Below the pieces are notes generated by a model. It did not search any database. It saw nothing but the letters and a program-made list of their open reading frames with translations, and had not been told where the DNA came from. From Anaerolineae bacterium (GTDB lineage Bacteria > Chloroflexota > Anaerolineae > B4-G1 > SLSP01), in contig JAXDDO010000080.1 of NCBI GenBank assembly GCA_034676805.1, positions 2,261 to 66,260 on the forward strand: a stretch of 64,000 bases of DNA, in the 5' to 3' direction. Shown here piece after piece: positions 1 through 8,368 of the stretch; the stretch's first letter is position 1, and every line of letters starts with the position of its first letter. A program made the position numbers and the translations under genes.

Positions 1-1930
1 AATCGGGAGGGGCTTGCCCGACAGGGTCCCGGTCAAGCCAAACCGTCATCTCGCCCGGGCCGCGGTTGCCCCAGACAGCATAAGGTATGGCAGTGAAGGG
101 AACGGGCTGCCCAGCCCGGAGCGCTGTTCCCGTCAGCAGCGTGACACCTCCCAGCAGGTCGGGACGCTTCACCGCGTGCAGTGTCGCGGCATCGGGTAGG
201 ACGAGGTCCAGTGCGCGACCGCCGTGGTCGATCCCTTCCGCGCAGTAGACCAGGGGTCCGCGCTGGAGTGCGACCTTGCCGCGGTCCGCTGCCACAGACG
301 CATGGGCTTCCAGCCGCCGGATGGGCATAGGGAGTTCGAGTGACACGACGTCGCCGCTCTCCCAGAGGCGCTCCAGCCTGACATACCCTGTGACAGGGGC
401 CGCTGGCACCCGGTTGCCATTCAGCCAGATGGCTGGACGCGGGCTACGCTTGTCCACAAATCGGTAGAGCGTGCTCGGAACCGGCGTACCGCGCGTCCAT
501 CCAGGAATGCGAAGGTTCAGGCATAGCCGTGCCCGGTCCGCAGGCTCGACGCGCAGGTGCACAATGCCGTCCCAGGGATACTGCGTTGTCTGGCGAAGCG
601 TGACACTGTGGCCACCTACAACGACTCGGGCGCTGCCCGCGGCATACAGATTCACGTAGATTTCTGCATCTCCGGTCGCGTAGACAAGGCCGGGTATCTG
701 GGGCAGCCAGCGGGCCACGTTTGGCGGACAACACGCGCACGCGAACCAGGGCTTACGATCGACTGAGGGCGTCGTGTATGGGTCGCAGTAGCCCTCGGGC
801 GTCCATCCCACGGTGAAACCAAACCTTCCATCCGACGCCATTGGACAAGCGTAGAAGAAGCGATCGCCGGAGAGCGAGACGCCGGCAACCAGGTTGTTGT
901 AAAGCGTCCGCTCGAGCACATCGAGGTAGTCGGCGCTTCCCGACAGCCTGAACATGCGCACAGCCCACATAGCGAGGGCAACGGCCGCACAGGTCTCACT
1001 GTAGCCCGTCAGGTTGGGGAGCTCATAGGGAGCTCCAAACCCTTCGTTCTCGTGACGCGAACCAATGCCACCTGTGATGTAGAGCTTGCTGCCGATGACG
1101 TCGCGCCACAGCCGCTCCAGCGCCTCGATCAGGGCTTGGTCAGCGGTGGCGGCTGCGACATCAGCCACGCCGGAGTAGAAGTAGGCAGCCCTTGGCGCCT
1201 GGCCCACAGCCTCCATCTGATCGCGTATCGGCACGTGATCCTGCGAGAACGGCCCTCGACGCCTTCGGCCGCCGGTGACGGTGCCGCGCGTCTCCACGAA
1301 GAACTCTGCCAGCTGCTGATAGCGCTCCCGTCCAGTTGCCTCAAAGAGCCGCATGAGCGCAAGCTCGACCTCTGGGTGCCCACCAACGTCGACCCGCTTC
1401 CCCGGCCCAAACAGCCGGTCGACCAGGTCCGCATTCCTCATCGCTACGTCGAGAAGCACACGCTTGCCCGTGGCCTCGTAATGTGCAACGGCGGCCTCGT
1501 AGAGGTGACCGGCCAGGTACAACTCCAGGTCGCCGCCCAGATCTGACCAGCGCCCCGGCCCCTTGGGGTCACCCCGCAGCGCAAGGGTGCGCCGGCTCAC
1601 GAGGTAGCCATCGGCCTCCTGCGCAGCGACGATGGTGGCGATGATCGCGTCCAGTTCCGCATCCAGGCCCGCATCCCATGCATCGCCCAGTGTATATGAA
1701 GCGGCTTCGATCGTCCTGTAAACAACCTCATCGCTGTTGTGAAGGCCGGTTGCATCGCCATCTAAGAGCCCGGCAGCACGGGCGAAGTTGTCGATCGCAC
1801 CCGAGCTTCGGGCCATGGCCAGGCAATAAGGGACGGTCACCCGGCGGTTAACCTCAAGACGCGGACGCCAGAACGCGTCCGTGAGGCTGACTGCTTTCAG
1901 GCCGGCAGGTGCAATGGGGTAGCCAGACAC
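1..1930 (-). CDS. GH127 beta-L-arabinofuranosidase-like glycoside hydrolase (3' end runs off the window)
   Basis: Manual translation from GTG at 1930 gives VSLTDAFWRPRL, IDNFARAAG..NSDEVVYRTIEAASY, ETCAAV, LERTLYN, WFACACCPPNVAR and IPYAVWGNRG, all GH127 hallmarks. Missing from the ORF track because no stop falls inside the window. Confidence 0.9.
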   Translation of the reverse strand, partial: MSGYPIAPAGLKAVSLTDAFWRPRLEVNRRVTVPYCLAMARSSGAIDNFARAAGLLDGDATGLHNSDEVVYRTIEAASYTLGDAWDAGLDAELDAIIATIVAAQEADGYLVSRRTLALRGDPKGPGRWSDLGGDLELYLAGHLYEAAVAHYEATGKRVLLDVAMRNADLVDRLFGPGKRVDVGGHPEVELALMRLFEATGRERYQQLAEFFVETRGTVTGGRRRRGPFSQDHVPIRDQMEAVGQAPRAAYFYSGVADVAAATADQALIEALERLWRDVIGSKLYITGGIGSRHENEGFGAPYELPNLTGYSETCAAVALAMWAVRMFRLSGSADYLDVLERTLYNNLVAGVSLSGDRFFYACPMASDGRFGFTVGWTPEGYCDPYTTPSVDRKPWFACACCPPNVARWLPQIPGLVYATGDAEIYVNLYAAGSARVVVGGHSVTLRQTTQYPWDGIVHLRVEPADRARLCLNLRIPGWTRGTPVPSTLYRFVDKRSPRPAIWLNGNRVPAAPVTGYVRLERLWESGDVVSLELPMPIRRLEAHASVAADRGKVALQRGPLVYCAEGIDHGGRALDLVLPDAATLHAVKRPDLLGGVTLLTGTALRAGQPVPFTAIPYAVWGNRGPGEMTVWLDRDPVGQAPPD

Positions 1931-1995
1931 GCCTAGACCTTTCCTACCGAAGTCGGGGAGCACCAATGGCACCGGGCCTCGGCTTACCTCTGGAT

Positions 1996-2583
1996 TCAGG
2001 AGTCCTTCTTTCCGATAAGAACGCCGCCCATGGGCGTGAAGCGCTCGCGCGAGAGCAGCACGCTGCTGTCCCCGGCGCCCCGGGTGGCCTCGTCAACGGG
2101 CTCCGCAGGTTCGCCCAACGCCTCCCGCCAACGGCCGATCTCAACCACCTGCTCCGGTCGGAGCACGTAGCGCACGATATTGTCGAGCAGGTGATCGGAA
2201 AGCAACGCCAGCACCGCCCGTTGTAGCTCTGCGGTGCTTCGATAGGGAATCCAAGGCTGAACATCCTCGACCATGCGCACGAAGCTTTGTGCACCGGGAG
2301 TTCGAAGCGTGTCCGCCTTCAAAAACGCGGTCGGAGGCCGGGTTGCCTGACGAGCCACCAACCACTCCAGCCCGATTGGAGCCCGGATGTCACTCCCCAG
2401 CACCAGAACGTGGACATCGGCCTGCGCTACGGCCTCCAGATCCACAGGACCATTCCCCAACGGCGATTGGACGACACGCCAGCCAAGATCGATTGGAACC
2501 TCGGTGGCGACCCGTCCAAGAACCTCACGTTCTGCCTCCAGGTCGCCTGCCGCCGATATGTACAAGAGAACTTGGTCAGCCAT
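1996..2583 (-). CDS. DUF4062-like (TIR/NDT-fold) stand-alone protein
   Basis: N-terminus LYISAAGDLEAEREVL resembles DUF4062 (xFISSxxxDLxxER); ADVHVLVLG and LEWLVAR follow; GAGG RBS before ATG 2583. Confidence 0.55.
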   Translation of the reverse strand: MADQVLLYISAAGDLEAEREVLGRVATEVPIDLGWRVVQSPLGNGPVDLEAVAQADVHVLVLGSDIRAPIGLEWLVARQATRPPTAFLKADTLRTPGAQSFVRMVEDVQPWIPYRSTAELQRAVLALLSDHLLDNIVRYVLRPEQVVEIGRWREALGEPAEPVDEATRGAGDSSVLLSRERFTPMGGVLIGKKDS

Positions 2584-2687
2584 GCTATACCTCGGATCTT
2601 CATCAACTGCTTCCCCCAACGGGAATCAAGTCTGCGTACCTCAAGCACGCACTAACAGGCTATACCAGAAGCGCGCCCGGTGCAACC

Positions 2688-2768
2688 GTCGGATTAGGCG
2701 ACACTCAGCAGCAGGAGTGCTTGTTTTGGGATCACTCCAGGTGTATGCTTATGTCGGATGTACCGACA
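2688..2768. promoter_or_regulatory. Two operator-like inverted repeats and a rightward promoter between divergent genes
   Basis: Perfect TGTCGG-N5-CCGACA at 2752-2768 and a near copy GTCGG-N5-GCGACA at 2688-2703; TTGTTT-N17-TATGCT at 2721-2749. Confidence 0.5.
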
Positions 2769-2786
2769 GAACGGAGGGTATACACC

Positions 2787-3218
2787 ATGTCTGATGAGCG
2801 ATTCTGGGAGTGGTTCGGGCAGGAGATGAAGCGACAGGGATTTCGATCGGTCCGTCAGGTAGAGCGTGCAGGCGGCGTGGGCAACGATACGATCAGTGGC
2901 AGATATCGCGATGGGCAGGAACCCACAGACACCATCATCCGCGCCGTGGCCACCGCCTTCGCCATGGCCTTTGAGGACGTACAGGCTATTGCCGGGGCAT
3001 CGGCTGACGAGCCGACGTTCCCGCCCGAGCCGGTCCGCCCCACCCTCACCCTCCGAGAACTATGGGAGATTGTGAGCACCATGCCTGTGGAGGAGCAGCG
3101 CGCCGTGCTGGACTACGCTCTATATCGACGATCCAGAAGCGGCGAGCGCGAGGCAGCGACACAGCGGCGCGGAGCCGCAGCCAATCGGCAAAGCCCTGAG
3201 GCCAGCGAGGGCGGTTGA
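2787..3218 (+). CDS. XRE/Cro-CI-like helix-turn-helix transcriptional regulator
   Basis: GGAGG RBS; FWEWFGQEMKRQGFRSVRQVERAGGVGNDTIS..EPTDTIIRAVATAF HTH pattern, then a MPVEEQRAVLDYA helix typical of phage-repressor-like proteins. Confidence 0.7.
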   Translation: MSDERFWEWFGQEMKRQGFRSVRQVERAGGVGNDTISGRYRDGQEPTDTIIRAVATAFAMAFEDVQAIAGASADEPTFPPEPVRPTLTLRELWEIVSTMPVEEQRAVLDYALYRRSRSGEREAATQRRGAAANRQSPEASEGG

Positions 3219-3436
3219 CCAGCAGCCGGGCGATCACGTAAACGGCGTGCAGCCTGGCTCCCAGCCCCAGCGCTCGATCCTCACCTCGCCGAGGCATTAT
3301 CTACCTTCTCCACTGACCGGCCTATGCGTTGAGAACATCACCTATGCCAACCCGCCCGTTCGGAGCATTTCGGCAACCATCGCCACTGCCTCTAGTATAG
3401 CTGAGATAGCCCGACTTGTGGGGCTCACCAGCAGGT

Positions 3437-3476
3437 AGAACATACGTTCGTAACCCACCTGTAACCGAACGGTAAC
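3437..3476. promoter_or_regulatory. LexA-type box GAAC-N4-GTTC followed by three GTAAC direct repeats at 11-bp spacing
   Basis: AGAACATACGTTCG at 3437-3450; GTAAC at 3450, 3461 and 3472; in the intergenic region upstream of manA. Confidence 0.5.
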
Positions 3477-3546
3477 GTTTCTGCGCGGCAACTCCTTTGT
3501 GCTACAATCAGCCGACCTGATCCTATCTGCAGAAGGAGCGACCCAT

Positions 3547-4815
3547 ATGAGCCGACCATCTGTAGTGGTGCCCCGTCCGTACCGGATGCGTAACCAGATC
3601 CAGCACTATGCCTGGGGGACGCGCGATGCCGAGGCGTTCATCCCTCGCCTACTCGGGCAAGATCCAGAGCCAGGCCTACCCTATGCGGAACTCTGGCTGG
3701 GCACGCATCCCAACGCACCCTCCGAGGTGGAGCTTGACGACGGCGTGACCGCGCGCCTTGACACGTGGATCGCCTCGCACCCCAGCCCGACCTTGGGGAT
3801 CGAGGTCATGCGTCGCTTCGGCGCGCTGCCCTTCTTGCTCAAGGTACTCTCAGCCGGCGAGGCGCTCTCGATTCAAGCGCATCCCAGCAGAACTCAGGCC
3901 GCGGCACTCCACGCTGCGGACCCAGTTCACTACCCTGATGACAATCACAAACCCGAGGTCGCCATTGCCCTGGATGGGTTGGCAGCCCTGGTTGGCTTCA
4001 AACCCTTTCACGAGCTATCCGCCACCCTGCAGCACTATCCTGAGATCGCCACGTTCATCGGCGGACCGGCCACGGAGCTGGTTGCGGGGAGTGAAAACCC
4101 CGCACCAGACGTGTCATCGCGTCTCACCCACGCGGTCTTCGCTGCCTTGATCCGCCGCGCCCTGGAGGAGCCCAACGCCCTGGCAACCACAGTTGATGCG
4201 TTGGCTCAGCGCCTATCAGCGAACGTTGGAGGACTGACCGAGACCGAGTTGTGGTTTCTGGAGCTTTGTCAGCAGTATGGCAACCGTGATGTGGGCGTGT
4301 TTACGCTGTTCCTGCTCAACCTCGTTCACCTAAGACCTGGCGAGGGCATCTTCACCAATGCCGGTGTGCCTCACGCCTATCTGAGGGGCAATATCGTAGA
4401 GTGTATGGCCAACTCTGACAACGTCGTGCGCGTGGGGCTAACCCCAAAATACAAGGATGCTGAGACGCTCCTGAGGATCGCGGACACGACACCTCAGCAG
4501 CCGCAGATCCTGGAGGGCGATGCGTGCACCCTGCGAGAGGGCGTCACCGCGGCGACTTACCGCACACCCGCGCCCGAGTTCGAGGTCCGACGATGGCGTC
4601 TTGCGCCTGGCACTGAGCACATCCTGGACAAGGGGAGTGGACCCGCCATTCTTCTGGTCACGGCCGGCGCCGTGGAGCTGGCGTGGGATGGCGGGCACGC
4701 AGACTACCGCCAGGGCGACTCGGCGTTTCTGCCGGCCTGCTTGGCGGAGTGCACAGTGCACGCCAAAGACGATTCTGAGCTGTTCTTGGCTAGGGTTCCG
4801 GAGGGGCGGCGATGA
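3547..4815 (+). CDS. manA: Mannose-6-phosphate isomerase, class I
   Basis: QHYAWG, YAELWLGTHP, LPFLLKVL..LSIQAHP, YPDDNHKPE, PHAYL.G, MANSDNVVR.GLTPK motifs; AGGAG RBS. Confidence 0.95.
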   Translation: MSRPSVVVPRPYRMRNQIQHYAWGTRDAEAFIPRLLGQDPEPGLPYAELWLGTHPNAPSEVELDDGVTARLDTWIASHPSPTLGIEVMRRFGALPFLLKVLSAGEALSIQAHPSRTQAAALHAADPVHYPDDNHKPEVAIALDGLAALVGFKPFHELSATLQHYPEIATFIGGPATELVAGSENPAPDVSSRLTHAVFAALIRRALEEPNALATTVDALAQRLSANVGGLTETELWFLELCQQYGNRDVGVFTLFLLNLVHLRPGEGIFTNAGVPHAYLRGNIVECMANSDNVVRVGLTPKYKDAETLLRIADTTPQQPQILEGDACTLREGVTAATYRTPAPEFEVRRWRLAPGTEHILDKGSGPAILLVTAGAVELAWDGGHADYRQGDSAFLPACLAECTVHAKDDSELFLARVPEGRR

Positions 4816-4934
4816 AGATGAGTGTCGGTCTCGATGATCCAGGCATACAACGATCGCCGGAGGCCGCCACCACCCCGCAACCAGGGATCGTTGGTGGCGG
4901 ACGGCTATACCCTTGGCAGCGATCGGCGTCGCAG

Positions 4935-5399
4935 CTACTCAGATGACTCCTCCTTGAGCTGCACACCGGCTTCTCCGAGCAAGCTCAACAGCACCATCGT
5001 GGCTCGCTCCACCAGTTCCGAGCAGGAGCCGAGCCCTCCATCGACATTCACGACATTCTCACGCAGAGCCGCACACTGAGTCATACCAAACGTCTCGATG
5101 AATCGCTCACGGAACTGAGCTGCTAGGCGCTGGGCGAGCGCATCGTCTTCCAGGGTGATGCGACCGAAGAGCGCGCCAATGACCAAGACACCGCCAGCAA
5201 GCGCGCCACAGAGCTCCATCCGCGTACCCCCGAGCCCCCCGGCGAAACCCGTCGCACTCCTCAGACAGGCGGGACACCAATCACGCACAACGTGAGGTGC
5301 CACGGCCTTCACCACAGCCTCAGAACAATGATACCCTTGGTTGACATAGGTGGCAGCACGGCGCGCAGTCGCAATGCGAAGCTCCAGTTGTGTGGTCAT
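4935..5399 (-). CDS. C_GCAxxG_C_C family putative redox-active protein
   Basis: GYHCSEAV, GFAGG.G, CGALAGG, F...FG..QC and CSELV motifs. Confidence 0.88.
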   Translation of the reverse strand: MTTQLELRIATARRAATYVNQGYHCSEAVVKAVAPHVVRDWCPACLRSATGFAGGLGGTRMELCGALAGGVLVIGALFGRITLEDDALAQRLAAQFRERFIETFGMTQCAALRENVVNVDGGLGSCSELVERATMVLLSLLGEAGVQLKEESSE

Positions 5400-5707
5400 C
5401 GCTGCACCTTCTTCCCTCCTCCCGCGTAGCGACCTGGCTGCGGCCCAGGATATCGCATCCCAGAGCAGGGTCAAGCCGGGAGCATCTACTTGCGGCTGGC
5501 CTTGCATGAACGGTGGCTGATCATCTCGGCGAAGCATGCACACGTTGGGACGTGGCGCTTGGCTTGCGCCTCGGTATGGCCGTGCTAGACTGACCGGGTA
5601 CGGTTTCTATGGCCCCGTATAGGCCGACTGCTGGTGCGCGGGGCGCAGACGCGTGGTGGCAACTCGGATGAGTCTTCCTCCAGGATTCGAGCATAGGAGT
5701 ACAGGGC

Positions 5708-5893
5708 ATGAAAGCAAGCGATACGCTCTTCCTCGTTGGGATTGTGCTGGCCATTGCCGGAGCAGGATCGGGCGCGCTCGCGCTCCTGGGGGTTGGTGGC
5801 GTGATCTTCGTCGTGGGCATCGTCGTTCGAGCGCTCACCAGGGGTGAGCCCCCAGATGACGGCGATCCCGACGATAGCGATGCGGCGCGATAG
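5708..5893 (+). CDS. Small two-TM membrane protein
   Basis: AGGAG RBS; two hydrophobic segments and an acidic tail. Confidence 0.6.
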   Translation: MKASDTLFLVGIVLAIAGAGSGALALLGVGGVIFVVGIVVRALTRGEPPDDGDPDDSDAAR

Positions 5894-5929
5894 AACGAGA
5901 GAGAGCAGCAGGTAACGGGAGGAAAAGGC

Positions 5930-6409
5930 ATGGCTACGATCGTGTTGGATGGGCGTACCTATGAAGGCCGGTCGATTGAGATTCGGATAGACGGCGCTGT
6001 CGTGGACGCGGACTTGCCCGAGCCGCTCGTCTTGGAAGTCACGGGCGACCTGGCAGGTCTCACGAGCAATGCCTCTGTCACCGTTCGCGGAGACATTGCC
6101 GGCGACGTCACCGCCGGAACAACCGTGACGTGTGGCAACATCGGCGGCGACGCTCGCGCGGGCACCGACATCGCCTGTGGCGACATTGGTGGCGACGCAG
6201 ACGCCGGCCGGGACATAGCCTGCGCGACCGTCGGGGGTGACGTGGATGCCGGACGTGACGCGGCTTGTACGGATGTGCAAGGCTCGATCAGCGCTGGCGG
6301 CGGCGTGCAATGCGGTAACGTAGGCGGAGATGTGAAGGCCGGCGGCAGCGTCTACTGCGGCGACACCGACGGCTCGATTAGCGCTGGCGGCGGCGTCCAT
6401 CGCAACTGA
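5930..6409 (+). CDS. Beta-solenoid repeat protein (15-aa xxCGxVGGDVxAGxx repeats)
   Basis: GGAGG RBS; six Cys exactly 15 residues apart in G/D/V-rich repeats. Confidence 0.75.
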   Translation: MATIVLDGRTYEGRSIEIRIDGAVVDADLPEPLVLEVTGDLAGLTSNASVTVRGDIAGDVTAGTTVTCGNIGGDARAGTDIACGDIGGDADAGRDIACATVGGDVDAGRDAACTDVQGSISAGGGVQCGNVGGDVKAGGSVYCGDTDGSISAGGGVHRN

Positions 6410-6486
6410 CGACTTCACGTCGCTCGCCCGGCCAACGCTCCGACCTTCTCAGGGCCTGGAGCGCTTTCTGTATGCCGGTATGGGCC

Positions 6487-6515
6487 TTTACCGGGTCTGC
6501 GAGCAGCCGTATAAT
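6487..6515 (+). promoter_or_regulatory. Sigma70-type promoter
   Basis: TTTACC-N17-TATAAT upstream of the AAGGAGG RBS of the 6558 gene. Confidence 0.55.
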
Positions 6516-6557
6516 CGACAGTGCAGGGTCCCGAATGACTCACCAAGGAGGTCGCAG

Positions 6558-7130
6558 ATGGAATCGAGAACGCTGCTTTTCGATCGCGGCGGCGAACACA
6601 ACACCGACGCGACACTGGAAATCGTCAAACAGCGGGCTCTTGCGCTCGGCATCCAGCAGGTCGTCGTCGCATCGTCACACGGGCGAACCGCTAGGCGGGC
6701 CCAGGCACTCCTGGCACCTCTTGGCATCCAGACAATTGCCGTTTCGATCTGCCATAGCTGGGAGCGCGAGGGATGGGTGATGACCCCCGAGGAAAAAGCG
6801 GATCTCGTGGCCTTAGGTATCATCGTGCATACAGGGATTCACGCCCTGGGCGACAGCGTGAACTCCGCCTTTACCGGCGCGCACGGCGGACGGACCCCCG
6901 ACGAGATCGTTCGGGATACGCTCTATCGCTTCTCTCAAGGGATGAAGGTCGCCGTAGAATGCATTCTTATGGCAGCCGATGCGGGCTACCTCGACATGCA
7001 CCGGGAAGTGATCGCCGTCGGCGGAACAAGCAGCGGTGCCGATACAGCCATTGTCTGTAAACCGGCCTATCCGCGGACCTTCTTGGATCTGGAGGTCCGT
7101 GAGATTCTGGCCAAACCGAGAATACCCTGA
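6558..7130 (+). CDS. Pyruvate kinase C-terminal-like domain protein (MTH1675 family)
   Basis: NTDATL, VVASSHGRTA, QGMKVAVEC.LMAADAG, AVGGTSSGADTA, EILAKPR. Confidence 0.88.
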   Translation: MESRTLLFDRGGEHNTDATLEIVKQRALALGIQQVVVASSHGRTARRAQALLAPLGIQTIAVSICHSWEREGWVMTPEEKADLVALGIIVHTGIHALGDSVNSAFTGAHGGRTPDEIVRDTLYRFSQGMKVAVECILMAADAGYLDMHREVIAVGGTSSGADTAIVCKPAYPRTFLDLEVREILAKPRIP

Positions 7131-7150
7131 GCTCAGACTAGGAGGCAACC

Positions 7151-8365
7151 GTGAGCAAGTCTGTTACCAACCACGCGTTCGAACAAGGTAAGGGCATCGT
7201 ACGACTAGCCCCTAACTGGGTACCGCGATCATTCTGTGTGCCTGGTCGTCGCATCAAGCTACACCCAGACGATTACTACGCGCTGGGTGGCGCTCGTGGC
7301 GGCATCGATGAGCGCTGGTTTTCGTCCACGACCCCGGCGGACAATGGCCCGCTGACGGCTCTCCATGAGGGGCTAAGCTGGATCATCTTCGAAGATGGGG
7401 GGATCACCGAGCGGGTACTGCTGCGAGATGCCGTCGCAGAGCTCAAAGGCCAGTTGATCGGCGACCGTCTGTGGGACGCCTACGGGGCTTGGCCTGTCTA
7501 CTCCAAGTTCTTCGACAATCTGGGGCCATTGCCGCACCACGTCCACCATCGCGACCAGGACGCCGCCGCCGTGGGCTTGCGTGGCAAGCCCGAGGCCTAC
7601 TACTTCCCACCACAGGTCAACAACTACGGTGGGCGGTTCCCCTTCACTTTCTTCGGTCTGGAGCCCGGCACCACACGCGAGCAGGTGCTCGAGTGTCTGC
7701 GCAACTTCGAGGCCGGCGACAACCGCATCACCGATCTATCGCGGGCGTACCGCCTGCGTCCGGGCACCGGTTGGGACGTCCCATCGGGCGTGCTCCACGC
7801 CCCTGGCAGTCTCTGTACATATGAGCCACAGGCAGCCTCCGACGTCTTCTCAATGTTCCAGTCGCTGGTGGATGACCAGATCGTGGGGCCGGAGCTTTTC
7901 TGGAAGGATATCCCTCAAGATAAGGTCGGCGACTATGAGCACATGCTGGGGTTGCTGGACTGGGACGCCAACGTCGATGCGAACTTCGTAGCACACCACT
8001 TCATGGCGCCACGCCCCGTCGCGCCACTGAATGAGATGCAGGAAGCAGGATATGTCGAGAAGTGGATCTGCTACCGAAGCACCGCCCTCAGCGCTAAGGA
8101 GCTCACGGTCTTGCCCGGTCGCACCGCGACCATCCGTGATGCGGCTGCATATGGTATGATCATGATGCAGGGCCACGGTCAGATGGGTGTCTGGCCTGTG
8201 GAGACCCCCACCCTGATCCGCTTCGGACAGCTAACCCATGACGAGTACTTCGTCAGCGAGGCAGCAGCCCATGAGGGGGTCACGATCACCAACGCATCGT
8301 CGACCGACCCGCTCGTGATGCTCAAGCACTTCGGTCCCGACAACCCCGACCTCAAGGTGGCATAG
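7151..8365 (+). CDS. RmlC-like cupin, phosphomannose-isomerase-related sugar isomerase
   Basis: ERWF, SKFFD..PLPHHVH, GKPEAYYF, GVLHAPG and EPQ..SD metal-binding pattern; GGAGG RBS. Confidence 0.7.
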   Translation: MSKSVTNHAFEQGKGIVRLAPNWVPRSFCVPGRRIKLHPDDYYALGGARGGIDERWFSSTTPADNGPLTALHEGLSWIIFEDGGITERVLLRDAVAELKGQLIGDRLWDAYGAWPVYSKFFDNLGPLPHHVHHRDQDAAAVGLRGKPEAYYFPPQVNNYGGRFPFTFFGLEPGTTREQVLECLRNFEAGDNRITDLSRAYRLRPGTGWDVPSGVLHAPGSLCTYEPQAASDVFSMFQSLVDDQIVGPELFWKDIPQDKVGDYEHMLGLLDWDANVDANFVAHHFMAPRPVAPLNEMQEAGYVEKWICYRSTALSAKELTVLPGRTATIRDAAAYGMIMMQGHGQMGVWPVETPTLIRFGQLTHDEYFVSEAAAHEGVTITNASSTDPLVMLKHFGPDNPDLKVA

Positions 8366-8368
8366 CCT

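Noticed and set aside
2740-2786. Possible RBS-sequestering hairpin GGTGTAT..ATACACC before the XRE gene
   Set aside because: The 5' arm overlaps the predicted -10, so it would not be in the transcript.
3046-3297. 83-aa minus-strand ORF with a GGAG RBS
   Set aside because: Overlaps about 170 bp of the XRE gene and has no recognisable domain; kept only as a hypothesis in the LexA finding.
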